This document shows, in pieces, positions 37,622 through 50,629 of a stretch of 57,734 bases of DNA. Below the pieces are notes generated by a model that was not told the DNA's origin, did not search any database, and saw nothing but the letters and a program-made list of their open reading frames with translations. A program made the position numbers and the translations under genes. The first letter of the stretch is position 1. Each line of letters opens with the position of its first letter. The stretch comes from Octopus bimaculoides (Eukaryota), in NCBI RefSeq assembly GCF_001194135.2, contig NC_069001.1, forward strand, positions 37,851,450-37,909,183. The letters run 5' to 3'.

Positions 37622-37925
37622 AGGGCGCATGACTGAGTGTTTAGGGAGTTGTACTCACAATTCCTAGCCCGGGTGGTGCATTGTGTTCTTGAGCAAAATA
37701 CTTCACCTCACTTTGTTCTGCGATCACTTCGACACCCGAGGAATGGCACACCTGTGCACCTGTTCAGACGACGTCGATTTGATGGAGACAATGAGCGAAC
37801 GCGCGGCACGAACATTTGATCTCTATAAAACAAAACCATTTGTGTAGGTCGTTCGGCAAAAGCTGAAACTCATATACATCGTCGTCGATGAGAGAGTCCA
37901 TCGTGTATATATATATATATATATA
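37622..37925 (+). mobile_element. SINE-like repeat with (TA)n tail
   Basis: 5' gggcgcatgactgagtg (A-box-like), central gtgttcttgagcaaaatacttcac core, TA tail. It does not fold as a tRNA. Confidence 0.55.
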
Positions 37926-38724
37926 TAATTATTATTGTTATTATATGTATATATGTTAATGGCGTATGGTGGTTGCTGTCACTGGTTGTGCCACCGCACT
38001 GACCATACTTTGACTAACATCAGTATTACTCAAATTAGGCGTACAAAGTGTATATTTCTATTCAAAATGCGGGATCCAAAATGTAAATAATGTAAACTTA
38101 ATTCTCCGTCCTCGCCGACTGACTTTCTCCGCAACTTTCTTAAATGTGCTAATTTTTAGGGAAATTTTCCAGCGATACATTTTCCTTGTTTATGTAATGA
38201 TTTTTCCCTTTAAATCTATCGACATTATTTCAATCTGCGCCCACGATTACGTAAATTCTCATAGAATCATTATGAATTTAACAAAGTCCGTGTTGGTAGA
38301 GGATTCATCGTCCAAGAAATTTCTTTTTAATCGTTCATAATCGTAATCAACACCATATGTATTTTTAAGGAAACTATTAACGAAACAAAATTCAGAGGGC
38401 ACAATTCTGTAGATTTACTGTGGAATTTCTATCGTAAAAATATAAAGAGTGATTAAACACTTAAATATTTATGACCACTGATTTCGGATTTTATGGAGAG
38501 GAGAATTGATATCGAACTCTGATTAGCAAGAACAAAATTACTCTACATTAGCGAAGTTGGACAAAACTTAGGTTTATTGTTTAATATACAGTTGAAGCAC
38601 CTGTCACAAAAACAAAAGAAAATAATAATAGTTCCAGCCTGGTCGGGATTATTATGTAAATTGAGCAGGTTTATTTGTTAGAAAGAAAGGTAAGTGGTGA
38701 AGAAACAATGTATTGAAGTGACTT

Positions 38725-39130
38725 TTAGAAATACAAACTTTCTGTTTGAGTTATGGAGGGGAATAACGATAATTGAAATGGAGTGTGGAAAGGAAAACAG
38801 TGGAAGTATTAAGACAACAATGTCAGGTAAAGCAAGTTTTTCAACTCATTTCTATTACATGGGGATTAAGACATGTAAATTCTATCGCTTCATTTTCTTT
38901 CCTTTATCTTTCAACACATCAAAACAAACAGAACAAGACACGATCGATACAATGTAGATGTTGTTTCTATTAGTAATACTTACATATTAATACAGAGCCA
39001 ATGACGAAGATGTCACATTATATATAAATAGTCACATTTTACAACAAACCTTCGTTTAGATTTTTCACATCGACATAATAAAGAATGTTGAAGCCATTTC
39101 TGTCCGCAGTTAATTAGCAATCATCTATTA
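38725..39130 (-). promoter_or_regulatory. ZNF upstream module copy M5 (type 1), upstream of G
   Basis: ACTTAC at 38978-38983 plus gagccaatgacgaagatgtcac. Confidence 0.65.
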
Positions 39131-40439
39131 ATTAACGTCTACAATTAATAAAAATGAGGGAGATGAATTTTCAGCGAAGTAAAAAAAAAAATTAAAAAAA
39201 TATTATTACCTCCCTCACATTGGTGTAGATGAATAATTTCAATTTGTTTAGAAAAATTAAGTTTTAGGGATTTTTTTCCTTTTTTTTTTTATGGTATGAA
39301 AAGAGAAAAAAAGAGATCCTTTCACCAGTATTATAGTTGTAGTCAGCGAGATTGACTTTGGGCGGTGGTGTTGTAAATATTTCTTTTTAGAAATGCCTTT
39401 TCACAAAGGTGGAACGAAGATGCCTGTACATGGTCAATCAGCTTACTAGAAATAGCAGCTAAATTTCTCAAAAGTCATGCTATATCATATTAAAAAAAAA
39501 AAGAAAACGTTTATTACATGATTTAAAAAAAAATTCTTGTTATTCTGTAACATAAATAAAAATAATTTTTCTTGAAAAACACCCATTCACGACAAAAAAA
39601 AAAAAAAAATTAAACGAATCTAACCTACACCTAATGTAAAATAATTTATCTGAAGCACGCCTGTTGACAAAATAACAAAAAGATATGGCGACGAAGACCA
39701 CCCAACGTTAACATCAATATCAGGCACTTTACTTCAAGGGGTTCTTTCCTCAGTTGTGACACTTTCCTCTTCATTCAACAAAGAACAGAAATCTAGGATG
39801 CAGATTGCGTTCTGGTGAAATTTCAAACCCAACCCTTTATTTGACTAATGGGGTACACTGTTCTGACTCCGAAGGTATATTGCTGATGTTATTTTTCTGT
39901 GAATATTATTTTTCAAGTCCATGACTGGGACTGAACTTAGAATCCAAGTGTTAGTAGCCTGCACTCTTATCCACCTATCCATCCATTGTAAATAATGTAC
40001 ATAATTCCACATCCCCAAAATATAGAATAAGTAATTTGAATGCTAAAGAGTGAATGCGTTTGAAAGCTCTGTTAAAAATTGGGTCAGAAATGAATCCTGG
40101 CTTATGTTCCTGTGACTCATAATTGTTGATGTCTTTTCTTATTAACCAGATGTCATCAGGGTTAATGATTGATCTGCTAAAACAATGATCAATGTCCTGA
40201 GAAGTATTTTTGCAAGGAATGGATATTGGAGCTAAACAGTCTGGCTTCAGCTCACCGGTCTCCTGTCAAACCACCATTATCATACAGCATAGGAAGCGGA
40301 TGGAGTTTCACATTACTTTGCAAATGCTGGGCCTCACTGGGGAAATGATAAGGGACCGGGGGTGGTTATGGTGATTTACTGTACTTGAGAAGAGGCATCA
40401 AGCCATGTAAAATTGCTGTCATCCATACATACAGGCTTG

Positions 40440-40690
40440 TCCTTTACAGGTGCCAGTGCCACATAAAATGCAGTTGTGCTGGTGCTGCATAAAAGCACCT
40501 GTGCTGGTGGCACATGAAAGTCAATTAGCACACCCCACAAAGTGGTTGGCATTAGGAAGGGCATCCAGTTGTAGAAACCATGCCAGAACAGACAATTGGA
40601 GTCTGGACAGCTCCCTGGCTGGCCAGTTCCAGTCAAACTGTCCAATCCATGCCAGCATGGAAAACAGACAAACGTCGATGAGGATGATGA
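40440..40690 (+). mobile_element. (GAT)n-tailed non-LTR repeat
   Basis: gtggttggcattaggaagggcatccagttgtagaaacc...catgccagcatgg...gatgaggatgatga. Confidence 0.75.
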
Positions 40691-40794
40691 GAGCAAGTGT
40701 GATTATGGGTTAAGAAGACAGATTGCAACCACCACACAACCCAGAATCTTCAGGTCAGGTTGAAAGAATGGTAGACTGAGAAAATAAGAATTAA

Positions 40795-40995
40795 CCCTTT
40801 CGTTACCAACCCACCTGAAACCGCCTCTGGCTCTTCAGTACAAATGTCTTGTTTTCATAAGTTTTGAATTAAAATCTTCCACCACACCTTAGTCACAATT
40901 TATGTTCCTAACACTAGCTGAATGATAACTAAGTTATTTTACTATATTGTTTGTTATATTTAGAATTAATTAAAATAAACACAGTAACGAAAGGG
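40795..40995. mobile_element. piggyBac-type MITE
   Basis: TTAA|CCCTTTCGTTAC ... GTAACGAAAGGG|TTAA: perfect 12-bp TIR and TTAA TSD. Confidence 0.9.
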
Positions 40996-42071
40996 TTAAA
41001 GCCATTCTTTCTACACAACTGGAATCCTTTGATACCTATTTATGAAGATTTCTACTGTTACCAGTCAATTCTCCATGAAAGAAAAGACGAGTCCTTCAGC
41101 ATTGATGTATTTTGGTGTTGATTTACAACTTCCTATAACTGAAAAATTTTGATACTTCACAGAGTAGGAGAAATATGTCATTAAAAGTAAAAAAACAATG
41201 GACCAGTTCTAACATAGAAAGAAGAAATATGAAAAATATCCTGAGCATAAACTAAGAGCAAGCAAATTGAATAATCAGAAGAGAGACTGAACAATTGAAG
41301 ACGGAAGAAATCGCAACACAGAATAAAGCTGATGAGGATACTTACTACATGGATCTTAATGATGTTACGCAAAACAAACTGGATGAACAAGGGAGTTCCT
41401 CTAGCATCGTATAAAGAGACAGACTATCATTATTGTAGAACATACATGCTGCTTGTGATTTGTATGATGATGTCACATGACCAATCAGATGGCTGCTTGA
41501 CAAAGACAAACCAAGGTTTCCTTTTCAGGGAAGACAGGTTTTATTACCTCTGACAACACAAATACTGAGACAGACGGCGGTGATGTTGCAGCCACTCACA
41601 AAGGATCCGTTGTGGAAAAAGAACTCCAAGTGTCGAGTATAAGCTAACTGCCATGTTTCAGCCTCATTACAACCTCAAAGTAATGATGGGAGAAGAGGGA
41701 AATGTAGAAAAAATGTGCACTGGTAATTGTAGAAAATGTAAAATTGTTTAGAAAATAAATTACTAAGAGACACCATCTGTATGAATGAAAAAAACAGTTA
41801 AGTCAGTATTTGAATATTTAATGAGAAAAGCAAATCATCACAAGATGAGAAAATATGACAAACATTAACCACTGATTAATATTACATTATTTTAATAAGT
41901 ATAGAAGACAACTGTGGGCATAATTCAGTTTTATGACTTCATTAGCAAACCATAAACATTACCATACTTCACAATGTAATGGTGTAGTAAGTCTCTGGTA
42001 CTGGTGTAGTGATGATCACAGTCTCTGGTACTGGTGTAGTGATGATCACAGACTATATATATATATATATA

Positions 42072-42198
42072 GAAACTCTGCCAAATCAGACTGGAGCCTG
42101 GTGTTGCCATCCGGTTTCACCAGTCCTCAGTCAAATCGTCCAACCCATGCTAGCATGGAAAGCGGACGTTAAACGATGATGATGATGATGATGATGAT
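42072..42198 (+). mobile_element. 5'-truncated (GAT)n-tailed non-LTR repeat
   Basis: gaaactctgccaaatcagactggagcctgg...ggacgttaaacgatgatgat. Confidence 0.8.
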
Positions 42199-42567
42199 AT
42201 ATATATATGGAGAAAGAAAGATTTATTAAACATATCACAGAGGAAAGTTACCTCACAGTAAAGATATTTTTATGTAACTATACAAAATATAATGTGATAT
42301 CTTCTTAGAAAGGGGAATATATTTTTTGGTTGTATCATGCAGAATTTTTCATTCAGTGAATTTCGATGGTTTTGGTAAACACAATGCAGTAAATATGTTG
42401 TTTTCAATTTTTGATGAGTAAATTTGTCTTTTTTTTTGTTTGTTTCTCCAATAAGTTTTCTGAATATTAGGAAATATTCAGAAAATTATTCCTTCAATGA
42501 TCATCATAAAAAATATTTTACATTATGCACTGCATTTATCATAAACTCCATTCTGATAATGAGCTCG

Positions 42568-43650
42568 CTACTGTTTTGTATGAATACGCATGTGTTTAGT
42601 TAAGTAGCCTTTTTGAGAGAATGATTTACCACATATGTCACAGAGATATGGCTTCTCTCCTGTGTGAGAACGCTTATGACAAGTTAATTCACTATTTTGA
42701 GGAAATGATTTACTGCAGACATTACACTGGAATGGTTTCTCTCCTGTATGAATACGTTTGTGAGCAGTTAAATGACTGTTCTGAGCAAAGACTTTTCCAC
42801 AGATATCACAGCGATGTGGTTTATCTCCAGTGTGAATACGCTTGTGGATCACTAAGTGATGCTTCCCAGAAAATGATTTACTACAGATATCACACTCATA
42901 AGGTTTCTCTCCTGTGTGAACTCGTTTGTGTTTAGTTAAGTGACTTGGTACAGGGAAAGATTTACCACAAATATCACAATGATGCGGTTTCGGTCTTGTA
43001 TGAGGATGTTCATGTATATTTACGATTGTTGGCGCAGGAAACAATTTACCAGAGATATCACAATGATATGGTTTGTCGCTTGTATGAATGTGTTTGTGAC
43101 TAATGGGGCTGCCTTTCTGACAAAATGATTTACCACAGTTATCACGATGATGTGGCTTCTCCCCAGTATGAGTACGTACGTGAACAGTTAAGTTACAACT
43201 TAGACTAAATGATTTACCACAAATATCACAGCGATATGGTTTCTCTCCTGTATGAATGCGTTTGTGACCAATAAGGTGGCCTTTCTGACAAAATGATTTG
43301 TCACAAATATCACAGTGATATGGTTTCTCTCCTGTATGAGTACGTATGTGATTAGTTAAGTCACAACTTTGAGGAAATAGTTTACCGCAGATATCACAGT
43401 GAAAAGGTTTGTCTTTTTTATGAATGTGTTTGAGACCAATTAGTCTACCTTTCTGAGAAAATGATTTACCAAAGTTATCACGGTGATGTGGTTTCTCCCC
43501 TGTATGAATGCGTACGTGAGTAGTTAAGTTACAACTCTGAGGAAATGATTTACCACAAATGTCACAGCGATATGGTTTCTCTCCTGTATGAATGCGTTTG
43601 TGACCAATAAGGTGGCCTTTCTGAGAAAATGATTTACTACAGATATCACA
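42568..43650 (-). CDS. ZNF-H, 5'-partial C2H2 ZNF; 13 visible finger units, 3 of them degenerate
   Basis: My translation is open for 360 codons from the gap edge to the stop. The track shows only the part after the first TTG. Degenerate units are HHRDNF, HHRDNC and CDIS. The conserved leader resumes at 44096, and the 445-N gap is about the size of the rest of the leader, the N-terminus and ~2 fingers. Confidence 0.85.
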   Translation of the reverse strand, partial: CDICSKSFSQKGHLIGHKRIHTGEKPYRCDICGKSFPQSCNLTTHVRIHTGEKPHHRDNFGKSFSQKGRLIGLKHIHKKDKPFHCDICGKLFPQSCDLTNHIRTHTGEKPYHCDICDKSFCQKGHLIGHKRIHTGEKPYRCDICGKSFSLSCNLTVHVRTHTGEKPHHRDNCGKSFCQKGSPISHKHIHTSDKPYHCDISGKLFPAPTIVNIHEHPHTRPKPHHCDICGKSFPVPSHLTKHKRVHTGEKPYECDICSKSFSGKHHLVIHKRIHTGDKPHRCDICGKVFAQNSHLTAHKRIHTGEKPFQCNVCSKSFPQNSELTCHKRSHTGEKPYLCDICGKSFSQKGYLTKHMRIHTKQ

Positions 43651-44859
43651 NNNNNNNNNNNNNNNNNNNNNNNNNNNNNNNNNNNNNNNNNNNNNNNNNN
43701 NNNNNNNNNNNNNNNNNNNNNNNNNNNNNNNNNNNNNNNNNNNNNNNNNNNNNNNNNNNNNNNNNNNNNNNNNNNNNNNNNNNNNNNNNNNNNNNNNNNN
43801 NNNNNNNNNNNNNNNNNNNNNNNNNNNNNNNNNNNNNNNNNNNNNNNNNNNNNNNNNNNNNNNNNNNNNNNNNNNNNNNNNNNNNNNNNNNNNNNNNNNN
43901 NNNNNNNNNNNNNNNNNNNNNNNNNNNNNNNNNNNNNNNNNNNNNNNNNNNNNNNNNNNNNNNNNNNNNNNNNNNNNNNNNNNNNNNNNNNNNNNNNNNN
44001 NNNNNNNNNNNNNNNNNNNNNNNNNNNNNNNNNNNNNNNNNNNNNNNNNNNNNNNNNNNNNNNNNNNNNNNNNNNNNNNNNNNNNNNNNNNNNNNAGTCT
44101 GTAAGTTTGAGAGCATTTTGTATAAAAATTCTGTTCAGAGTCAATATTCCACAGTAATTCTACGATGGATTTATAAAATGAGGGTTCATATCTGTTGTGT
44201 ATGACATCTGTTTGTCTTGAAAAGATGATAAATATTGATGGATCTCGAGTAAATAATTGTTTTATGCGAACGCCATCTGATAATCTGAAATAAAAGAGAA
44301 CAAAATATAAAATATCGAGGATGCTTAAACAGTGGACACTTTATTACATTTAGTTCTATATTGATAAACTGTAGATATAAACCTTTACTTGGAGAATGGA
44401 ACTCATCCACCTTTTTGTTTTTCCCCTCTGTCTTCGCTGAGAAAACATGCAATGTCAGAGCATGCAGTGAAGTAGAGAAGATAATCTTGCTGAAGAGCCG
44501 TGTGAAAACAACTTTCACTTTCTCAGCAAAACAAAATCAACGTAACACATTCAACAAAACTCAGCTCAACACAAATATATCAACGTGTGAGAAAATACGA
44601 AATCACAAATAAAAACAAGAATCAATGTAAAAAGTTGATGTTTAGTCATTTGTTAGTGTTTCACATGACATTTCTGTTGCTTGTTTCTCGTATATCATAA
44701 TAGATTGTATCTTTATCCACGAGGAACCTACAACTGTCTCATAGAGGTTGTAGTATTTCCTATTTGTGAATGAAACACCAAAATATATTGGAATGGAACG
44801 GTTTAGAACTCTAAACGGAAGACGCAATTTTAATACCTCAGTTTTTTAAATTTTTATTT

Positions 44860-45330
44860 CATTTTAATTAGAAATCGATTTTGTTCGTTGTAATTATCAG
44901 CAAGACTACCGATAATTATCCTCAAAATCACTTTGAATCAGCGATGTTGGACAAAAGTTGTAAACTTTATGTGTTAGAAATAAAGGTAAATGGTGACTAA
45001 ATATATAGAAGTGACCATAAGAAATACAATGCAGTGTGGAAAGGAAAACACTTAAAGTATTAAGATAACAATAGTTAACGTCGGCTAAAGCAAGTTTTTC
45101 AACTCACTTCTGTGATACATGTGACAGCCGACCGAACGAGGATTAAGACAACATCGTTACTTTAGGAAAATTTCTTCACTTTTTTCCTCTGTCTTTCAAC
45201 ACATCAAAACAAACAGATGTAGTAGGAAAACGACACAACTTATACAATGTAGATGTTGTTTTTTATTAATAATACTTACATATTAATACAGAGCCAATGA
45301 CGAAGATGTCACAATATATTCAAGTAGTCG
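44860..45330 (-). promoter_or_regulatory. ZNF upstream module copy M6 (type 1), upstream of H
   Basis: ACTTAC at 45274-45279. The flank at 45330-45590 matches 31150-31420 (F), and part of it matches the reverse complement of 10195-10265 (C). Confidence 0.65.
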
Positions 45331-47164
45331 ACAGTTTCTTCATTTTCAAAGTTCAAATCCAAACCAGGTCAGTTTTGTCTTTCTTCCTTTCAGAATAGAT
45401 AAAATTGAGTTCCAGTAAAGTGCTGGAGTCGATACGATCCAATAATGACCTTCCCTAATATTTCAGGTTTTGCGTTTTTATTACGAATAATAACACTGCG
45501 CACCGTGAGGAAGGAACCTATTATTTCTTTACACCGCTGAAATAATTAGTACCATCCTTGCATTGGTGTGCTTATAATTATTCCCATTTGACGTAAAAAT
45601 AATCATGATAATCTCCAATTTTAGGTAGATCATTTTATATATAAGTTAGATAAAGCTAGTTTATGGGATTACCCCGAGTTTCACGTCCATAAAGCGCTTA
45701 GCTTTACGGCGTGCCATCTGATCCCAAACCCGTTGGCCTAAGAGATCTTATCTAACTTTATATAAGATGCTGTTTCGTCTCTTGGAGTGTGCTTCTTTTT
45801 CGGATTTATGATTTACCGACGATGTTAATTGTTTATGCACCAATATGCGTGTGTATGCGTATACGTTTCCTTCCTAAATTACTTAGAGTATATAAATTAA
45901 AGTATATTGGAATAAAAATAAAGTAGATTAAATAAAATTGAAATCAATTAATAATATAATACATTTTATTCGGTTTGCAAGATTCTTTATGTGAATTCGT
46001 GTGTTGAAGCATATTTCATTGTGTCTGGGGAGAGTCATTCTCTTTTCGTGCCTTCTTTATTTCATTAAATTGGCCATTAAGGCCTTACAAAGAATTACAA
46101 GAAGCAAAGCGGGCTGGACGCATACATTAATGAAATGAGAGATGATGAAATATGAATGATATAAATGAGAGGGGTATTCGGCGCCCGCCGACCGAAAACC
46201 CTTCGAAATCACTGTTCTTTAGGAATGCAATAAGATTCACTTAAAAGTTCAATTACATACAGTCAAAACCACATAGTTTAACAGTTAATCACATAATTTA
46301 ANNNNNNNNNNNNNNNNNNNNNNNNNNNNNNNNNNNNNNNNNNNNNNNNNNNNNNNNNNNNNNNNNNNNNNNNNNNNNNNNNNNNNNNNNNNNNNNNNNN
46401 NNNNNNNNNNNNNNNNNNNNNNNNNNNNNNNNNNNNNNNNNNNNNNNNNNNNNNNNNNNNNNNNNNNNNNNNNNNNNNNNNNNNNNNNNNNNNNNNNNNN
46501 NNNNNNNNNNNNNNNNNNNNNNNNNNNNNNNNNNNNNNNNNNNNNNNNNNNNNNNNNNNNNNNNNNNNNNNNNNNNNNNNNNNNNNNNNNNNNNNNNNNN
46601 NNNNNNNNNNNNNNNNNNNNNNNNNNNNNNNNNNNNNNNNNNNNNNNNNNNNNNNNNNNNNNNNNNNNNNNNNNNNNNNNNNNNNNNNNNNNNNNNNNNN
46701 NNNNNNNNNNNNNNNNNNNNNNNNNNNNNNNNNNNNNNNNNNNNNNNNNNNNNNNNNNNNNNNNNNNNNNNNNNNNNNNNNNNNNNNNNNNNNNNNNNNN
46801 NNNNNNNNNNNNNNNNNNNNNNNNNNNNNNNNNNNNNNNNNNNNNNNNNNNNNNNNNNNNNNNNNNNNNNNNNNNNNNNNNNNNNNNNNNNNNNNTTGGG
46901 GTTAGGGGAGGATGAGGTGAGGATTTAAAATTTGGAAAAGGGGGTTTAAAAAAAAATTCGAAAAAGTTCAAAATCTAAATTTTTTTGGCTTTTTTTTTTT
47001 CGTGTGGAGTGAAATTTTAAAAAGTGTTTGTCTTTTTTTTTTTTTTTTGGCATATTCGTAATTTCCGATATCAAACGTAGGAATCCGAAGAAAATTTTTC
47101 AAAAAATGCATTTTTCAAAGAGAGGTGCGATTCTGCATTAGCTTCCTATTAGAAGTCTGTCTTA

Positions 47165-49140
47165 TTGATTCTCATTATCAGATATACTATCAATAATTAT
47201 AATCGGTCTTTGACTATCAACATTAAAACCACTTTAAATTAGTGATGCTGAACAAAAGCTGTTAACTTTATATGCTAAAAATAAAGGTAAATGTTGACTA
47301 AACGATGGATTCAATTTACCTTAAGAGAGACAAACTTTCTCTTTAAGAAATGGAGGAATAACGATAATTGAAATGGAATTTGGAAAGGAAAACAGTGGAA
47401 GTATTAAGACAACAATAATTGATATCAGTTAAAGCAAGTTTTTTTTAACTCACTTCTATTACATATGTGACAGCCGACCGGATTTTGATTAAGACAACAT
47501 CGTTACTTTAGGAAAATTTCTTCTCTTCTCTTTGCTTTAATCTTTGAACACATCAAAACAAACAGATATAGTGAGGAAAATGACACACGACCTATACAAT
47601 ATAAATGTTGTTTTGGTGGACATTGGAATTAGACACTGAGGGAAAATGGCTGTAACTTTTTTATTTTTTTATTTTGGCGATTTTCGTTTTCGATAATGTG
47701 TTCTATATGTCACGGTCATGCGATTCCCCCTAAAAAAAATTTTGGACCCCCCTTCCTTACACCCCCACCCCACACTTGATATGCTAGAAATAACAGCTAA
47801 ACGCGGACAATCCAAATCTTGCATTGGTCCAGATGGACTATATGTAATCTGAACCGGCATAACTACAGGGTTTTACCCCCCAGATTTTGAAAGGTCATAA
47901 CTTTAAGAAAAATGAATTTTTTTTAATGAAATNNNNNNNNNNNNNNNNNNNNNNNNNNNNNNNNNNNNNNNNNNNNNNNNNNNNNNNNNNNNNNNNNNNN
48001 NNNNNNNNNNNNNNNNNNNNNNNNNNNNNNNNNNNNNNNNNNNNNNNNNNNNNNNNNNNNNNNNNNNNNNNNNNNNNNNNNNNNNNNNNNNNNNNNNNNN
48101 NNNNNNNNNNNNNNNNNNNNNNNNNNNNNNNNNNNNNNNNNNNNNNNNNNNNNNNNNNNNNNNNNNNNNNNNNNNNNNNNNNNNNNNNNNNNNNNNNNNN
48201 NNNNNNNNNNNNNNNNNNNNNNNNNNNNNNNNNNNNNNNNNNNNNNNNNNNNNNNNNNNNNNNNNNNNNNNNNNNNNNNNNNNNNNNNNNNNNNNNNNNN
48301 NNNNNNNNNNNNNNNNNNNNNNNNNNNNNNNNNNNNNNNNNNNNNNNNNNNNNNNNNNNNNNNNNNNNNNNNNNNNNNNNNNNNNNNNNNNNNNNNNNNN
48401 NNNNNNNNNNNNNNNNNNNNNNNNNNNNNNNNNNNNNNNNNNNNNNNNNNNNNNNNNNNNNNNNNNNNNNNNNNNNNNNNNNNNNNNNNNNNNNNNNNNN
48501 NNNNNNNNNNNNNNNNNNNNNNNNNNNNNNNNNNNNNNNNNNNNNNNNNNNNNNNNNNNNNNNNNNNNNNNNNNNNNNNNNNNNNNNNNNNNNNNNNNNN
48601 NNNNNNNNNNNNNNNNNNNNNNNNNNNNNNNNNNNNNNNNNNNNNNNNNNNNNNNATTTGGATTGTCCGCGTTTAGCTGTTATTTCTAGCATATCAAGTT
48701 TCGTGGTGGGGACTCCACATATGATCCTTTTTCTGTTTCAATATAAATGTAAGCCGTTCATTTTCACATCTAAGTTGCGAGAAGGCTGAACATGTAGAAC
48801 ACAATGTCAAAAATGACCCCCCCCCGCGCGCGTGTGTGTGTGTGTGGGGGGGGTCCAAAATTTTTTTTTAGGGGGAATCGCACGACCGTGACATATAGAA
48901 CACATTATCGAAAACGAAAATCGTCAAAATTAAGAAATAAAAAAGTTACAGCCATTTTCCTTCAGTGTCTAATTGCAATGTCCACCGTTGTTTTTATTAA
49001 TAATACATATTTAGGCGAGAAGGCTTTTTTAATTCAAACTTTGTTCTGTCTGCCGTTTTAACCGTTGAACGGGGATGGCCAACAAATAAAGACACGTTGT
49101 TTTCTATTGAGTTGAACACAACATCCATCCAGCAAAGGTA
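47165..49140 (-). promoter_or_regulatory. Orphan module copy M7 (type 2), split by a transposon, GTAAGT site lost
   Basis: Module core at 47165-47614 resumes at 48987. aataatacatatt lacks the cttac seen in other copies. The distal part matches 54240-54370. Confidence 0.55.
47615..48986. mobile_element. Long-TIR DNA transposon (Merlin/MULE/foldback-like); interior in a gap
   Basis: GGTGGACATTG(G/C)AATTAGACACTGA... TIRs are near-identical for ~130 bp, with a further ~45-bp inverted block. 8-bp TSD GTTGTTTT at 47607-47614 and 48987-48994. Confidence 0.88.
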
Positions 49141-49179
49141 TTCCTTCGTTTTGACTCGATTTTTGTAAACGTACTTCTC

Positions 49180-50500
49180 GATAATTTCCCAGCCGAATCG
49201 TATTCTCACAGCTATGCTCTTGGAGCATCCACCTCCACTACTAACTTGGTCACCTAAATAACAGAAGCTATCTCCTACCTCTAGCTTACCCCACTGGCAG
49301 TTAGAGTTTATTTTCTGTACATTCTTAGTGTTTATTTTACTTGTGCATCCTCCACACAAAAAGCTATTTTCCCTGTTGACCTTCCTCTGATATTGCTGCC
49401 CCTCTTATGTGTCCAATGCTTACACCAGGTGTATCTTATGGAGTTTCTACCTATGCTTTTTCTACAGATCAAGCAGGGCCTTCTACCTGAAGAGATTTGT
49501 GATTTGTCTGCCTTTCTACTTACTAAGACTTTGGTTTTCTAAGACCTTTCGATTCTAGACTTTGCTTCCACACCTGAAATTTCTTCACTAGTTCTGGTAG
49601 TCATTCAGCTATAAGAACAAGGTCATCATCATAGGGGCAGCCTGTCTTAAATTCCTCTGTCATCGCCTGGAGGACTATGATGAACAAGAGGGGACAGAGG
49701 ATTGATCCTCGGTGAACCCCTACTTATATCCTGAATTCTTCAATGAACTCATTTCCAACCCTCACATTACTGGCAGCGTCCCTGTACATGGCTTGTACAG
49801 CCGTCACCAACGACTTGTCTATCCCTAGTTCCCACATTGACCACTAGATAAGGGATCAGGTGACCCTGTCAAAGGCTTCCTCCAAGTCAACAAAAGCCAA
49901 GTACAGAGGTTTATCTTTGACTATGCATTTCTCCTGCAGTTGCCTTACCAGAAATATAGCATCAGTGGTGCTTCTCCCTGGCACAAAGCCAAACTGCATC
50001 TCATCCTAATTAATTGGGCTATGACTCTCCATAACTTTCATCGTCTGATCCAACAATTTGATACCTCTGTAATTATTTCTATCGAAGGCATCACCTTCAT
50101 CTTTGTAGCAGTTGATTACGGTGCTGCTACACCAGTGTTTGTGTGTGACTTTCATGAACCACCTGATTCACAATACAGGTGACTAGGCCCATAACCCACA
50201 CTGCCAGATATTTTAAGCATCTCAGTGGTGATGCCTGATGGGCCATGGGTTTCCCTGTCTTCATATCCTTAATTCCTTTATCTACCAAGCTACTGTTGAT
50301 TTGGATAGTTGGTGCCTCAATTGGGTCAACATTTGGCAGACTCTCCACCTCCCATTCATTCTCCACATTCAGCAGTCTTTCATAATGGCATTTCCAAGCC
50401 TCTTTCTTTGCAGAATCATTAAATGTTAGTGGTGCACCATCACCCATGTGGACATGTTCCTCTCCTATGACATCACAATTTTCTCTAACAGTCTTGCAAT
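49180..50500 (-). mobile_element. Degenerate RTE LINE ORF2 fragment
   Basis: KKEAWKCHYERLLNVENEW, DEMQFGFVPGRSTTDAIFL, LYLAFVDLEEAFDRV, YDDDL at the YADD position, DSFCYLGDQVSSGGG. Confidence 0.88.
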
Positions 50501-50629
50501 CTGAAACAATTCACAAATCTGTACTACTCCTCTCTCTCATCAAATTTCTCAATTAGGATGTCCTTAAATCTTTGACACAGACATTTTTAATTCATTTGCC
50601 ATTATAAAACACATTGTCTTAATCTGGAT

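Noticed and set aside
37622-37700. tRNA-like head
   Set aside because: No cloverleaf or intact B-box, so it is counted as SINE-like and not as a tRNA gene.
38130-38450. Protein-like minus-strand reading (IYRIVPSEFCFVNSFLKNTYGVDYDYERLKRNFL...)
   Set aside because: Contains multiple stops and no recognisable motif, so I cannot assign it without a database search.
41990-42049. 30-bp direct repeat x2 resembling a repeat-spacer unit
   Set aside because: A simple tandem duplication of ZNF 3'-flank sequence (related to ~50655-50705) with no spacers. This is a eukaryotic context and not a CRISPR array.
45641-45762. Possible small MITE (aagttagataa ... ttatctaactt)
   Set aside because: Only an 11-bp AT-rich inverted match, with no second copy in the window.
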